A stretch of DNA of 64,000 nt, taken from the NCBI GenBank assembly GCA_964016885.1, contig OZ024743.1, forward strand, positions 368,156,001-368,220,000, given 5' to 3'. The stretch comes from Eledone cirrhosa (taxonomy: Eukaryota). A program made the translations under genes and the position numbers. The notes beneath the pieces were generated by a model. It searched no databases, was not told the origin of the DNA, and saw only the letters and a list, made by a program, of their open reading frames with translations. Within the stretch, counting starts at the first letter, position 1, and each line of letters starts with the position of its first letter. Of the stretch, positions 13,600 through 26,317 are shown piece by piece.

Positions 13600-13810
13600 G
13601 TCTGCACTGGTTGCCATCAAGACTTCAAGTGTCCTCAGACTGTACTGCCAAGCTCCTCCACAAAATTGGAATGTCAGCAGCCGGTCTGAGGAAGGAGCCC
13701 TGCAAGGTGGGGTGGCTGTTGCAGCAAGTGTCATTGGCCATTGTCCACAGAAATACCTTTGCTGTTTTGTTTGCAGGGCACAGCCCAAATACCACCCTGC
13801 TCTAGACCCA
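13600..13810. repeat. Unclassified dispersed repeat (second copy ~26560-26750)
   Basis: Shared TGAGGAAGGAGCCCTG..GGTGGCTG(T/A)TGCAGCA(A/G)GTGTCA core and flanks in both copies. Confidence 0.6.
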
Positions 13811-14299
13811 GAGCCCACCACCCCCTCCCTACCACCTCTATTTCTTCTGTGACCCAAAAGTTCTTACTTTTATGCTGTTTGAGAATAATTATTCAAATAT
13901 TTCAGAAAAAAAAGCTGTCTCTGGTATTGCATTGAGGACTTCTATTTTACCACAGTTCTCATTCTTAGCTTACCTTTGCTGTTGTAAAAGTTGAATTATT
14001 TGCTACTATAAATTGTCTCCTCACCCACTCTTATTTTTGACAGACATACCAACTATCTAAATCCTCTTCACACACTTTTTACCTCCAAACCATCCTCTAC
14101 CCCACCATGACAACCCCTGCCTTGTTTTGGTTGTCTGATAACTGCCTAATCAATACATTCAACCAGGGTCAAATTGGGTCTGGCATTTCTACAAAGAAAC
14201 ATAAAAAAAAGGACCTAATTCTAAAAACAAATAAAAACAATGGTTTTAAGTAGGTAAATAAGTTGTTACATTTTGTTGATAATTCATTTATTAATTTAA

Positions 14300-15653
14300 C
14301 CATTAAGCATTTAAACCAGCCATATCCGGCCAGAATTCTCTCACCTCTTTCTATTCAAACCAGCTGTAACAGGCTGCTCATACTTATGTTAAGGTATTGT
14401 TCTCAAAATAAATAATAATATTATGTGGGATAATTATGTAAGGCAAAGCCTTTACTGCAAAAATACAATAGTAAATATAGAGTAATGTAAATGCTAGAGA
14501 GTTAAATAATATACATACTGTATGAATGATAAAGCACAAATAACAAAGTCTAAAAAAACTGAATATCATGCACAAAACTTCAGTATTCACATTAATTTGT
14601 CAAATGTCATGTTTATCTGTTCACATTATTTTCAGTTAATCGTACTCAAGAGGGTTATCAATTTTATTTGTTTGTAATTTTCTTAATTTTCTATGTGCAG
14701 GCTTGAAATTTTGTCAGATGTTTAAATATCAATAATTTACAAATATATAATTTTACCTGATTTTTTTTGTTAAATTTGACTTTTATGGGAAGGTGAAATT
14801 AATTAATAGTGGTATTTGAAGTATCAACCAGGTGCAAATACTGGTTTAATTTTAAATACGTTGTTTTCGGTTTAATACTTGATATACTAAACCTTATATC
14901 AGTGCTCCAGTAATTCCACAGTCTTGGAAATTGTTTTATACCGAACATAATATTTACGGTAAAAAATGCTTGCATTTCCACAGCATCTGTCGGTCGCCAT
15001 AACAGATCGGGTTTTCCTCGATTTGAAATCTGTTGTTGGGCATATCGATTAATCTCTTTTGCCACAGAAAGAAAGTTTGTGGTAAAAACAAAAATAAATA
15101 ATCCAGTGCTTTAGCATCAGGAGGTAATGTGTGTTGTGGACCAGTATTTTGAATAAAATCAAGAACATGTATTGGTGTGGTATTTTTCAACCACGTAATA
15201 TTTTCAATGGCGTCCTGGAGATCTCCTTCGTTTTCACTTTCAAAACAACAATCATCGTCGGATGAAATTTCAGAAATGTAAACATCTGATTCGTTTGAGG
15301 ATAAATCACGAATATTATCTTTTGTTTCTTGTTCATTTTGAATGTCGTTGTGTGTAAAACCTTCAAAGTCGGTATTGCTACTTTCACAAGCCATGTTGAT
15401 ACACAAAAAATCTGTTCTACTTTCAACGTTAAAAAAACACGTGTTCTTTTAAGTTGTTTCACTATATTAAGTGTTAATTTTCACGGTAAGGGCCTAATCT
15501 CGCAGTAATCTCGAATGACGAGATTTTGATGACAGTATTGTTTATTTTTAGAACGATATTTTAGTGTGGGTGATATTGGCCGGTTTCGAGCGGTTTGAAC
15601 AAATGAAGGGGAAATAATTGCGGCCGGTTTGGGGCAGTTTGAACACTAAAGGG
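14300..15653 (-). mobile_element. Internally deleted piggyBac (PGBD4-like N-terminal transposase remnant)
   Basis: TTAA at 14296-14299 and 15654-15657. TIRs CC(A)TTAAGCATTTAAAC / GTTTGAACACTAAAGGG. Minus frames give an acidic N-terminus, ALDYLFLFLPQ, EINRYAQQ, EMQAFF..MFGIKQFPRLWNYWST, LNQYLHL. No catalytic DDD core. Confidence 0.9.
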
Positions 15654-18212
15654 TTAAGGAAGTAAATCTTTTCAATGTTCAACAACATAAAGGTTTTGTA
15701 TATCTCATTTGACAGTATAGAGTATAATAAAATCTTTGCTATTTTTAACCTACTGAACAACAACTTAGGTTCACAATTGATGTAAGTGAATGAAATGACA
15801 TGGTAAATTCATAAGCTAAGAAGAAATTCAAGTTTGCAGATACATAAGATAGAGAAAGAGCAAAGCAGACACTTCTTATATGGCTTTCCAGAAGGGCAAC
15901 ATGCACATGAATTTATATCAAGATGAGTTTGTATTATGGGCATTTATGATTTCAAGGGCATCTCTGTTGCAAACTTTTCATTTAAACTTTTAGAAGCATA
16001 GTTGAAGTTAGGATAAAAAATAATTGTTTACATTTTTGCTTGTCCAAGTATAGAAATGTGAATATTGTAATGAAGTATGAACTAATTGTTCAATACTAGC
16101 TGTATTGTGACATCAACTTCATATAGCCTAGAACATAAATTGTACATAACTTTTTCTTAAGCTTGAAATAGCTAAAATCATGAAAATATCCCAAATAAAA
16201 GAAGACTGAAAAATTCTTTATTGGAAAAACAAGCTATTTTATTGAATTTTTAATTTTAAGCAGCCAAATTGTTTTCCTCTTACCTTATATATTAACAGAA
16301 TTGTTGTTCCTGCCAGTCTTCTTTCCTTTTCTGTATTGCATGTCCCAAAAAACTAAACCAGTGGGAATTATGGGAAGAATTGCAAACAAGGGGTCTTGTA
16401 CACTCTGTTGCTTAATACCTCACCAAACTGGGATAAGCTTATATTAGTGTTCATGAAGTGCTCTGATGGATTGCTGGCAGCTCTGATACCTGTGTAGTTC
16501 ATACTGGAGATAAATCTAATATTCAAAGGCATGGAAAATGTAAATTATTATCACCTAGGCATATATAAGTTTGTATGTTAAAGGGCAAATCAGAAAAAAA
16601 ACAAAAAAAAATGGTGTAGCTGTTTTAAAGTTGGCTCATGTAAGATGTTGCAGTTAGAGAGTTGTGGAGATAATTATGATCTCAATTTGACTTTTGAATG
16701 TTTATTTTATGAAGAGTGGTCAGTCAATAAAAATGAAACACTTTCCTAATTAGTTATATCACCTATAATTTTTTCTTGTTCACCAAACATATCAAGTGAC
16801 TGCTTTTGGTCTGTTTTTATTTTCTTAGTGCTTTCTAAGACATAAAGTATCCAACAGTATAAAGTAGAATCAAGCATGTAGAGTGTCAATCTACCAGATG
16901 CAAGGTGTCCAACTTCAGTTATTCTAAATCTTTAAGCATATGTGTGTATTTTGGTTTTTAGCAAATATCATTATAGGTCATCACTGCCAGGCATTTTATG
17001 CCATTAATTATTTTTATATATTTGTCAGTTGTAGTACACTGTTCATTTTTTTTTATTGCAATTGCTCCTAACTATGCTTGAAACATCTGTAACAGCAACT
17101 TTGACATCAACAGAAACAAAAACAGCAACAAATAAAAAAGTAACAACAGCAAATATAAAAAGTAGCTACAGCTACAAGAAACAAATTTTAAAAGACTGTG
17201 ACTGATGTAGCAGTAATATCTCTAGCCACCTTGATTTGTTTATCAGAAAAAGAACATTCTCAAGGATCTTACTTTAAGCCATCTAGTCTACTAGTTGTGA
17301 AAGTCACTCATTTCTTCATGTAACCACTCTTTAGAGTTTTCAATGTGAATATAATCTAACTGGTAATATAATTTGTTTAAATTTATGAATTAAAAGGAGA
17401 GATACCAGAACACTGTCTTAGGACATTTAAGTTCTGCTAGAATATTATTTGAATGAAACCCTCATTTTAATCATTCATGAAATAGAACTTCAGGAAATAG
17501 TGAATCATGTTTAAGATTCAGCATCAGTTGATATATTGTTTTGTATTTGTAGAATATTTCCTTTTTCATAAGACTTTTGTCAAAACTCTTCAGAAAGTCT
17601 ATTAGAATTCAGTTAATGTGCTTTCTTCACCCATGAATTTGATTATTGTTGTCTGTTGTGGTCAGCAGTTGTAAAATGTTTGAGTGATTACTTTTAAGCC
17701 ATTTCGACAGGAAGTAATTTGATTGTACATAACCCAGATGATCACCTTTTATACAATTTAATTATCCCTTCAAAAGTCTTGGGAAATATAGAATCGGATT
17801 AGTTGATAGTACTGTATGGAACCAAATTAAATGTGTGTTTGAATTTAATTTTCATTTTTTTTCTGTTAATTTCAGCCATAATAACCAACTGAATCGTCTT
17901 ATAAAAGTTTCAGAAAAATGTAGTTCCCCATCTTTAAAGTACAATTTAGTAAACAAGGTTTATAAAATGAAATTAGTCTGAAATACTGTATAGAATGTTT
18001 CCTTAATAAATATATTCATATTCCCAATATTTTTAAATCCTGGCTTTAGATTTAAGAATTTCATGTATAGTTTCCACTTCAGTATTATTCAAATGATTAA
18101 AGCTGCATAATCAAATGATAATGAAAACTTAACTGTAAATTTTATCTTCTCTATCTTTGCTTCTCTTCCCCTTTGTCTATCTCTATCTCTACCATTATCT
18201 CTCTCCATCCCC

Positions 18213-18600
18213 TTCTTTAAGTATCACTTCAGAAGGAAGGTGAGAGTGGAGAGAGAGGTGTTATACCCCAGTAAATTCGCTGAAAGGTGGGTGAATGTGG
18301 CGAAAATGATCCGAGTGAATGGACCTTCTATGTATATAAACCTGTAGGTTGAGGAAGATAAACAGAGGGAAGACAGGAACACCTCCAAAACGTGTTCCTG
18401 GTGTTGAGGGTTGTTCTATCCATAGGGTGTAAAACAACCCTGCAGTAACGTTCCCCTCTATTGGGGATTTCAATTATTTTATTACATATAGTTTATTGTT
18501 ATTTATTAATGTTAAAGTTATATGATTTTTATGTAAAACCCCCGCTGTCACGTCTTGTAATGTCCCATTTTTGTATGCCCCTGTGGCAAATAAAGAAAGA
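18213..18600 (+). mobile_element. 5'-truncated Tx1-like LINE 3' end
   Basis: FKYHFRRKVRVEREV here versus FKFHLKRNMRVEREV in the 486-3920 element. Similar 3'UTR ending GTGGCAAATAAAGAAA. TATCTCTCTC at 18196-18205 and 18601-18610. Confidence 0.75.
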
Positions 18601-19798
18601 TATCTCTCTCTCCCTCAAAGATAAGTTTTATGCTTTGTTGAGTTAAACATTTCTCTTGCTGACCAATAATTATTTGTAGTTACTACATTGATACAAATGC
18701 AATTCTATTTCAGTAACTGAACAGTTTCACAATCTTACTTGGTATTCATTCTAAGTCAGTCTTTATGGGCATTAATTTACAGCACACACTTTCAGTTATC
18801 TCTTAAACACGAATTGCAAAAGTAGGTTTTAAATGATAAACATGAAAAGCATTGAAGTTTTAAGTTTGGAGGGTTTTTTTAATTTTAGTTTTGTTTTGGT
18901 TATATATATATATATATATATTTTAGCAATGTCAATAGCCATAAACTTTTCTTATTGATTTCTAAGTAAGGTGAGGGTAGAGCTATTCAATGGTGGCTAA
19001 GGTTTTGAATTGATTAGAGTAAAATTTATCATTGAGAAATTTGTGATGCCTGACGTTGGTAATTAATCTTCTCAGTTTTAATTTTATTTATTTTTTCTTT
19101 GTATATGCATAGCTTATGGTTAATGTGAACTTTGTCACATTGTAGTGAACTGTGAGTAATGTAAATAGTCAGTAATAAAAGAATTAGACAAGTAAAGATG
19201 GAAAAATTAAAGCACCAGAGATTAGTTCATTGTATTTCTAATGTTTTTGGTCACATAGAAAGGAAAAACCATCTTTCATATGTATTTTAAATAATAAAGA
19301 AACTATATTTTATGAAAGATTATACTTCCATAATAAAAGAAAATCAATGTTGTTTTAAGTTCCATATTATAGTTGAAAACCTAAGAAATAATGTACTAGG
19401 TTTCTAATAGCCTTTGATCATTTCTAGAAAATTTGGCTCTGTCAAGGTACTAACAGGATCCACTTGTTTTTCACATCTAAACTTCCAGACTGGATGGTAA
19501 ACTAAATAGAAAAGGGACTGATTTTCATATTGCAGGCTTTGTCTATGCTACCAAATACAATATGTACAGTATGATTCTGATCAAGCAAAAGTATAACATA
19601 ACGTATGCATTTGACTTACATAATTCCTAAACATTTAACTGGCTATATGTCACATAACAAATTGAGCAAAGCACAATTCTATATTGAGTTGCTCTCTTGC
19701 AAACTAAAGAATGTGTTTTGATAGATGTTCTTATGTGCATGCATACAAATGTATATCAATCTTTATTTAGATTAAACACTTTTGTTTTTTTCTTTCAG

Positions 19799-19880
19799 GT
19801 TTCATTGGATTCTGAAGGTCATATTGTATATAGCATTTCAAAAGGTGATAAAATAATGATCGTAGACATTGTACGAAACA
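19799..19880 (+). CDS. Neurexin-IV/CNTNAP-like gene, internal exon (LamG domain), phase 0->1
   Basis: Pyrimidine tract + CAG acceptor and GTAAGT donor. Encodes VSLDSEGHIVYSISKGDKIMIVDIVRN and joins in frame to 22997. Confidence 0.75.
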
Positions 19881-20244
19881 GTAAGTTGCATTATTGTTAT
19901 GCTTTCAACAGTTTTATATGAGTTTCATTATATAGTGCACATATTTGTTGCTGAAGTGTGTACTATATTGACTTTAAAGGGATGTAGAATTGTTTCCATG
20001 TTTCTGGTATTTATGCATGCTATTTTATTTCTGGTATTGAGTTCAGTTTTTTAAATATTAGTCTGACTCTTTTGCAGCACTCTTTTCTAATTTTCTCCTT
20101 CATTTCTAGGTGTTGTATTTTATCAGTTTCATCTTCAGTGAAAAATTTTATGGGTAGTTTTGGCTTAATTCTCTGATTTCAGTGTGTATATCTAATATAA
20201 TGTCGTAGCTTTAGTTAATTTGTTTCATTATTATAGAATTGGTA

Positions 20245-20603
20245 CGGTGGATTGGCAGTATCAGTAGAGAGTCGGACACCATGCTTTGAAGCATAGAGTT
20301 ACGTCCCTTTACGGTCTGAATTCAAATCCCGCCGAGGTTAACTTTGCTTTTCATCCTTACGAGGTCGATAAAATAAAGTACCAGTAATACACTGGGTAAT
20401 TGCTGGCCTTGTGCCAAAAAGTAGAAACAATTATTATAGAATTGGTAAGGGTGGTGAATTGGCAGTATCAGTAGAGTATTGGACAGGATGCTTCGCGACA
20501 TAGTTATGGCCCTTTATGTCCCGAGTTCAAATCTCACCGAGGTTAGCTTTGCCTTTCATCCTTATGGGGTTGATAAAATAAAGTACCAGTAATGCACTGG
20601 GGT
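20245..20603 (+). mobile_element. Head-to-tail pair of tRNA-derived SINEs
   Basis: Two units with A-box TGGCAGTATCAG and B-box G(A/G)TTCAAATC. An 18-bp direct repeat ATTATTATAGAATTGGTA (20227-20244, 20430-20447) flanks the first unit. Confidence 0.88.
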
Positions 20604-20609
20604 AGATTT

Positions 20610-21070
20610 CATTGGGTTTGGGAGATCAGCAAAGTATTCTCTCTACCTTGTGAGGATGCACCTCCCTGAAGAGAGGAGAACCCCAGACATGTTCTTGATA
20701 GCAGGTTTCGAAGAGGGCTTCTTATTATGTAAGTGCAAGGGGGAGGACTTATTTCCAAGCCAAGCTTTGCAGGCCTTCTTCTTTGCTTGGATGGCATCTT
20801 TGACTTCTTGATTGAACCAAGAAGTCTTCCTGCCATTCGGTGCCACATTAAGCCTCTTTCACCCACAGCATTTAACACCTGAAGCAGAAACTGCTGAGCT
20901 GAACAATCTCCACTTCATCTCAACATCCTCAGTTTGCTCAGAGAGTTCTCTGAATTTGGATGCAATTGTATCTGCATACCTGGTCCTGAATTCCATATTC
21001 ACCAATGCTTCCCACTTTATCCTGTAGGTTGCCCTGAACCTGCTAGTTTTGTGAGCTGCTTTGGCTTTAG
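20610..21070 (-). mobile_element. RTE-clade LINE fragment (endonuclease-RT linker)
   Basis: RKTSWFNQEVKDAIQAKKKACKAWL and IKNMSGVLLSS..REYFADL on the minus strand. Confidence 0.7.
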
Positions 21071-21122
21071 TTACCTGAAGGGGAACATCAGACTCAGAAT
21101 ATTTTGTTCATGGATTATTCTA

Positions 21123-22348
21123 TCAGATTGTAACAAAAGTTCTGTCTGTTTTCTTTGAAGAAAATCTCAAGTTAGATTTAAAGGTGTCTAACTTCTCAAT
21201 TATATTTGGAATATGCCAAAATCACTAATATGTTTCATTTTCTTTCAGATTTTATCAAATTTATCTTTTTGAAACTGTGGAAAGAACACATTCGCCATGT
21301 TGTTATTTATGAATTTAAGTAAAACCATAATAGTGCAAGTGCAACAGCAAAATCACTCGAAAACACTTATGGAGATGGTGGAGTGACTGAAAGAACATGG
21401 AGATAGTTTTCATGATTCAGAAATGGGAACTCAGCCTGCAGGATGAATCAAGGGATGGGCATCCAAGAGGACTTGATCTTGATCCATTGAAAGTGCTGTT
21501 GATGCAAACCCAACCGTTACAGTTCTGGAACTAAGCATGGACTGCAATGTGAACTATACCACCATTCATTGTGAATTGAAAAGGCTTGGTATAGTGTCAA
21601 ATGTTGGAAAATAGATTCTGCATGATCTCTCTGCAGACAATCACAAACAATGTATTGACTGCTCTGCATCATTGCATTCTCGCGTGCTGCAAATGCCTTT
21701 TTTGAACAGATGAAAAATAGATACTGGAGATGAAAAATAGATACTTTACCATAATGTTAAGTGAAGTCATCAGTGGCTTAGTCATGGTGAAGAGCCAGCT
21801 CAGCACCCCAGAAGTGGCCTACATCCAAGGAAGATTTTTCTGAGTGTGTGGTGGGATATGCAGAAAATAGTTATCACACGCTGGTAGGCGATAATCAAAT
21901 AACAACAGCCAACGTCTATTGTTAACAGCTAAGACATTTGAAAGCAACTTCGCAGCCAAAATACTCATCAATAGCAAATAGAAAAGGAGTCTTTGTTTAT
22001 CATGATAATGCTTGACCCCATACGGCACAAAAGACCAAAGATCTATAAAAACATGTCTGAGAAATTATGCTTCACCCACCATATTCCCCAAACCTTACAC
22101 CAACAGATTACCATCTCTTTAGAAGTTTGCAAAATCATTTGAGTGGATTAAGACTTACTTCAAGAGAAGCTGAAAATCAGTTAGTATCCTGTTTTAGTTC
22201 AAAACCTAAAGAATTTTATGAATGTGGCATTAAAAAGCTTATTCACAGATGGAGAAAGGGCATAGAGCTGAATGGTGACTACATTAAGGATTAAATAAAT
22301 CTGAGATTGTGTTTTATTGAGCCTTAAAAACCTTTTGTTACAACCTGG
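21123..22348 (+). mobile_element. Degenerate full-length mariner transposon
   Basis: TA-flanked TIRs TCAGATTGTAACAAAAG / CTTTTGTTACAACCTGG. Motifs KEHIRH, TGDEK, HDNA*PH, HPPYSPNLTPTDYHLFRSLQNHL. Many stops and frameshifts. Confidence 0.9.
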
Positions 22349-22996
22349 TAGAATAGATTTGGATCTCTGCTGAATGTTGTGATAATTGTTTCAGAACAAT
22401 CTGTCATGTGTGTGTATTTTGTTTATTTTAGTTGTTTTATTTTAACTTATCAACAGAAGTGTAAAATTAATCTTTTATCATATGTTTCAGTTTTTGAATT
22501 TAACTAATTTTGGATTTTTATTTCAGCTTTTCTGTACTCTCAGAAATAGAGAGAGGTTTTAACATTACTGTTGTTGTATGACTCTTATCCTTCATTTTCA
22601 GTTTAAAGTTTCCTAGAATTACTTAAATCAAAGCTGCAAGGATTTAAAAAAATTACTTCTAAGTTAGGATGACAAAAAAAAAATGTTTATTTGTTATTTT
22701 CTTAAACATCAACATTTCACAATAATTGTTCTTGCAGTGTTGTTAACATATTCCTGATATTTGAATTAGAGAAAAACCCTAGTTGATTTTCCTCCTACTA
22801 CAGTTAAATCGATACCTTTAGGAAATTAGTAGATGCCATTGAGTGAATCAAAAGACCCAGTCTTTGATTATACAATCATGTGATGATGAATTCTCTGAAC
22901 AAATATTACTCATTTCTATATCAGGTAGATATATTCATTGTGATTTTATTCTTTTATACCTTTTGTTCAATGGTTAATATTTCTTTTTTTCAATAG

Positions 22997-23152
22997 ATGA
23001 TGCGGAAAGCCCAACTTCCTCTTTTAGTGATGGTCTCTGGCACAGCTTTCTCATAGCAATTGATACTAGTAAAGTTAACTGCACTGTGGACCGTAATTCG
23101 AAGGTGTCTTCTAGAACCTTAAATATCAAAGCTGGGAATACCTACTATTTAG
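22997..23152 (+). CDS. Neurexin-IV/CNTNAP-like exon (LamG: DGLWHS...YYLG), phase 1->1
   Basis: T-tract + TAG acceptor and GTAAGA donor. Encodes (N)DAESPTSSFSDGLWHSFLIAIDTSKVNCTVDRNSKVSSRTLNIKAGNTYYL(G). Confidence 0.9.
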
Positions 23153-23169
23153 GTAAGAATAAATTTATA

Positions 23170-23500
23170 TCATCATCATCATTTTACGTCCGCTTTTCCC
23201 TGCTTGCAAGGGTGGGACGGGAACTGATTTTGGCTTGATTTCTACAGCTGGATGCCCTTCTTAACACCAACCTCATTTACAGTCAGTGCTGGGTGCTTTT
23301 TTTTTCGCCGTGGCACCTCCACGACCACTTTGCAGTGGAATGATATGGACCCCAGCCCCTATCATCTCATTTCTACAGCTGAGTAAACTGGAGCAATTTG
23401 AAATAAAGTGTCTTGCTCAAGGAAACAACACATCACCTGGTCTGAGAATTGAACTCACAATCTTTCGATTGCAAAGCCAATGCTCTAACCACTTATGCAA
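23170..23500 (-). mobile_element. RTE tail stub, SINE-like repeat and a second tRNA-derived SINE family
   Basis: (CAT)n RTE tail at 23170-23220. Minus strand of 23365-23500 reads AGTGGTTAGAGCATTGG..GAGTTCAATTC..TCCTTGAGCAAGACACTT (tRNA head plus conserved body). Confidence 0.7.
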
Positions 23501-23906
23501 GTGAGGCTTATCTACACATGTACATAAGCATCAAAACTATGTTTTCACCTATATTGGATTCCAACAATGAGGGGGAGCACTGTCTTGATAATGACCAGAG
23601 TCAGAAATAGTCGACTGTCAACAGATTACCTACTCCTGTTTCTGCTGAAATCCACATGGTGGCACTAGTCATTGGCTTTCAAATGTTTATTCGTAAACAT
23701 AAGTGTATATCGTTAGATATACAAATGCGCGCATGCACACGAACGCACACACACATGCACACACACACAAGTAAATTTGTCACCAATAAACATAACATCT
23801 CAATGAAAAGAGATCACTACCCTCAGTGATTTTGTATAAGATATTCTATATATGTATACATATTTCAACACCATTCTAATAAAAGTGCATACATTTTTTG
23901 GGACAC

Positions 23907-23963
<57 letters not shown>

Positions 23964-23984
23964 ATATATGTGTGTGTGAAATTT

Positions 23985-24685
23985 GACAGTAGAAGTAGCA
24001 GTGATAGACAGATTTTTCAAATGCAGGTGGGTTCTATAGAAGTGGTTGATAGCTTCCGGTACCTAGGTGATCAGATTGACATGGGAGGGGGTGGGGGTGT
24101 TCCGAGGCCATAGTAAGGACGGGTTGGAAGAAGTTTAGGGAGCTGCTTCCTCTGTTGACAAAGAAGGGTTTCTCCCTGCGTACGAAAGGCCAGTTATATA
24201 ATGCCTGTGTGAGATACGCGATGCTGCATGGTAGTGAGACATAGGAAGCAACTGCAGAGGATATGCGATGCTGCATGGTAGTGAGACATGGGAAGTAACT
24301 GCAGAGGATATGCGATGGCTGGAGAGAAATGAACCAAGCATGATCCGTTGGATGTGCAATGTCAATGTGCGTGAATGACCAAGCATAGATGAGTTGAGAG
24401 AGAAACTGTGTATAAGAGGGATAAGTTGTGGTGTGCAGGAGAGAAGACTGAGATGGTATGGACATGAGACTGCTGGGTAAAGAAGTGCCAAGAAATCCCG
24501 GTAGAAGGAAGACGCAGTAGAGGAAGACCATGAAAAACATGGGCGGAGGTGGTGAGAGCAGCCCTCAGATCACTGAAGCTCACGTAGGTGATGACGAAGG
24601 ACCATGACAAGTGGAGAGATGCTGTGCTGAATAGGACCCGTCCTACCCTTGCAAGCAGGGAAAAGCGGACATAAAATGATGATGT
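23985..24685 (+). mobile_element. RTE LINE 3' fragment with an internal 47-bp tandem duplication
   Basis: SIEVVDSFRYLGDQI, MLHGSETW, RRLRWYGH, RGRP*KTW and a (TGA)n tail. Duplicated unit starts at 24213 and 24260. Confidence 0.88.
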
Positions 24686-25379
24686 CTGTGTGTATAGATA
24701 TTTATATATATATATATATAAAAGCGAACTGTTCAGCATTTTCTCAGTTTTGTTAATGTTAACGTGTGTGTGTGTGTGTGTGTGTAAACCTCTATTTTAA
24801 TGATGCCATGACAAATTGCACCTAATACACTCTGTAAAGTGGTTGGTGTTAGGAAAGACATTCAGCTGTAGAGACCATGACAATATATAATATATGAACA
24901 AGGTGTGGTTCTCTGACCATGTTGAAAGTAAGTGTATGATGATGATATAATTGTTTAAGCTAATTGACATTGACTTATGGTTGACCTAACATTGAATGCA
25001 TTTGGAATATTTTTGTAATATATCACAGGGAAAATGGCTCTTAAATGATGATGATCATGATATATGGAGCCATCAGGTCATATCTAACTTCAGGTGGCAT
25101 AACTGATCATGCCTGCAAAGCTTATATGACATATTAACTCCAGAGATGGTTTGACAGTGTAAAGTTGTAACCCTCGAGTACACCTTTTCATCATCATTTA
25201 TCTATTTTCCATTCTAGCATGAGTTAGATGTCTATATTTTTTCCTGTAAACAATGACTGAACATCAATTATATCAACCTCACCAGTCTAGAAAAGTCTTA
25301 AAGTTCATGAGCATTGCCTCAGCTTTTTAAACTATTTAATATAAAACCAAACCGTGTATCAGGAACATTGTTATTGTTG

Positions 25380-25868
25380 GCAGCGATATATTTGTTTTGC
25401 AAGGTCTTTTATATGAAATTGTGTGTTGAAACAGATTTTGTTATATTTGGGGAGGGACATGTCCTAATACTGCCAATACTATCTTTGGTTATTAGTGTGC
25501 GTTTTTGTGTGGGTGTTGTAAAATACAAACACACAAGCCATCAAAGATAGAATATAAACACATCAACACGCACAGACTCAGACATAAACACACGAGCACA
25601 CACCAAACAGAATACACACACACAAACACAGACAGCCAAAAAAAAAAACGGTATAGAAATACAACAGGAGGAAACAGTGATAATCACTGAAGGTGTCACA
25701 GAAATGTGTGACGAAAGAACTTTGATAAATTATATTTATATTTCTAAATGTTGGCCAATCAATGATAAACATATGTAAATATACTGAAGTGAAAAACCAA
25801 ACCAAACAATGAGTGTGTTTTACTATTTTTTGGCAATATTAGGGCATGACCCTCCCCAAATATAACAA
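25380..25868 (+). mobile_element. Non-autonomous Penelope-like element with inverted arms and a hammerhead-like motif
   Basis: 11-bp direct repeat TGTTATTGTTG at 25369-25379 and 25869-25879. Inverted repeat (36/39) at 25438-25476 and 25830-25868. Hammerhead-like motif at 25683-25726. Homologous to 55297-55760. Confidence 0.6.
25683..25726 (+). ncRNA. Degenerate/variant minimal hammerhead ribozyme motif
   Basis: atca CTGAAGG t gtcaca-gaaatg-tgtgac GAAA gaac TT tgat. Stems I and II pair. Core A9 is changed to G and there is one extra nucleotide. Confidence 0.45.
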
Positions 25869-26027
25869 TGTTATTGTTGCTGGTTGTAATTTAATGTCCA
25901 ATTCATTTCACTTAAATATAATTTCAATATTTTGAAAATTATTAAATCTAAGAAAGAATCTCAGCTTAGATATATATTTTGATTCCCATTTTAAAAGATT
26001 TTTATTACTTTCCAACAAATTATTTAA

Positions 26028-26260
26028 CCCTTTAGTATTTACCTTACTCTATATATACTATCATATTTGCTATTATATTTTCACGGTAAATGCTTTTTAC
26101 CTCACGTAATTATTCCCACATAATATCGAATCTATGAGATTTTGATATTTATTTTGCGAACAATACCTTAACATCACTAGGAGCAGCTGGTTACAGCTAG
26201 TTTGAACAGAAAGAGGTGAGAGAATTCTGGCTGGATACAGCCTATTTAAATGCTAAAGAG
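26028..26260 (+). mobile_element. piggyBac-family MITE
   Basis: TTAA at 26024-26027 and 26261-26264. TIRs CCCTTTAGTATTTA / TAAATGCTAAAGAG. The body matches the reverse complement of 14300-14510. Confidence 0.85.
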
Positions 26261-26317
26261 TTAAAAAAGAAATTGACAGAATATATAGAGAATCAGCAAC
26301 ATCTTTTTGTCTTGTAG

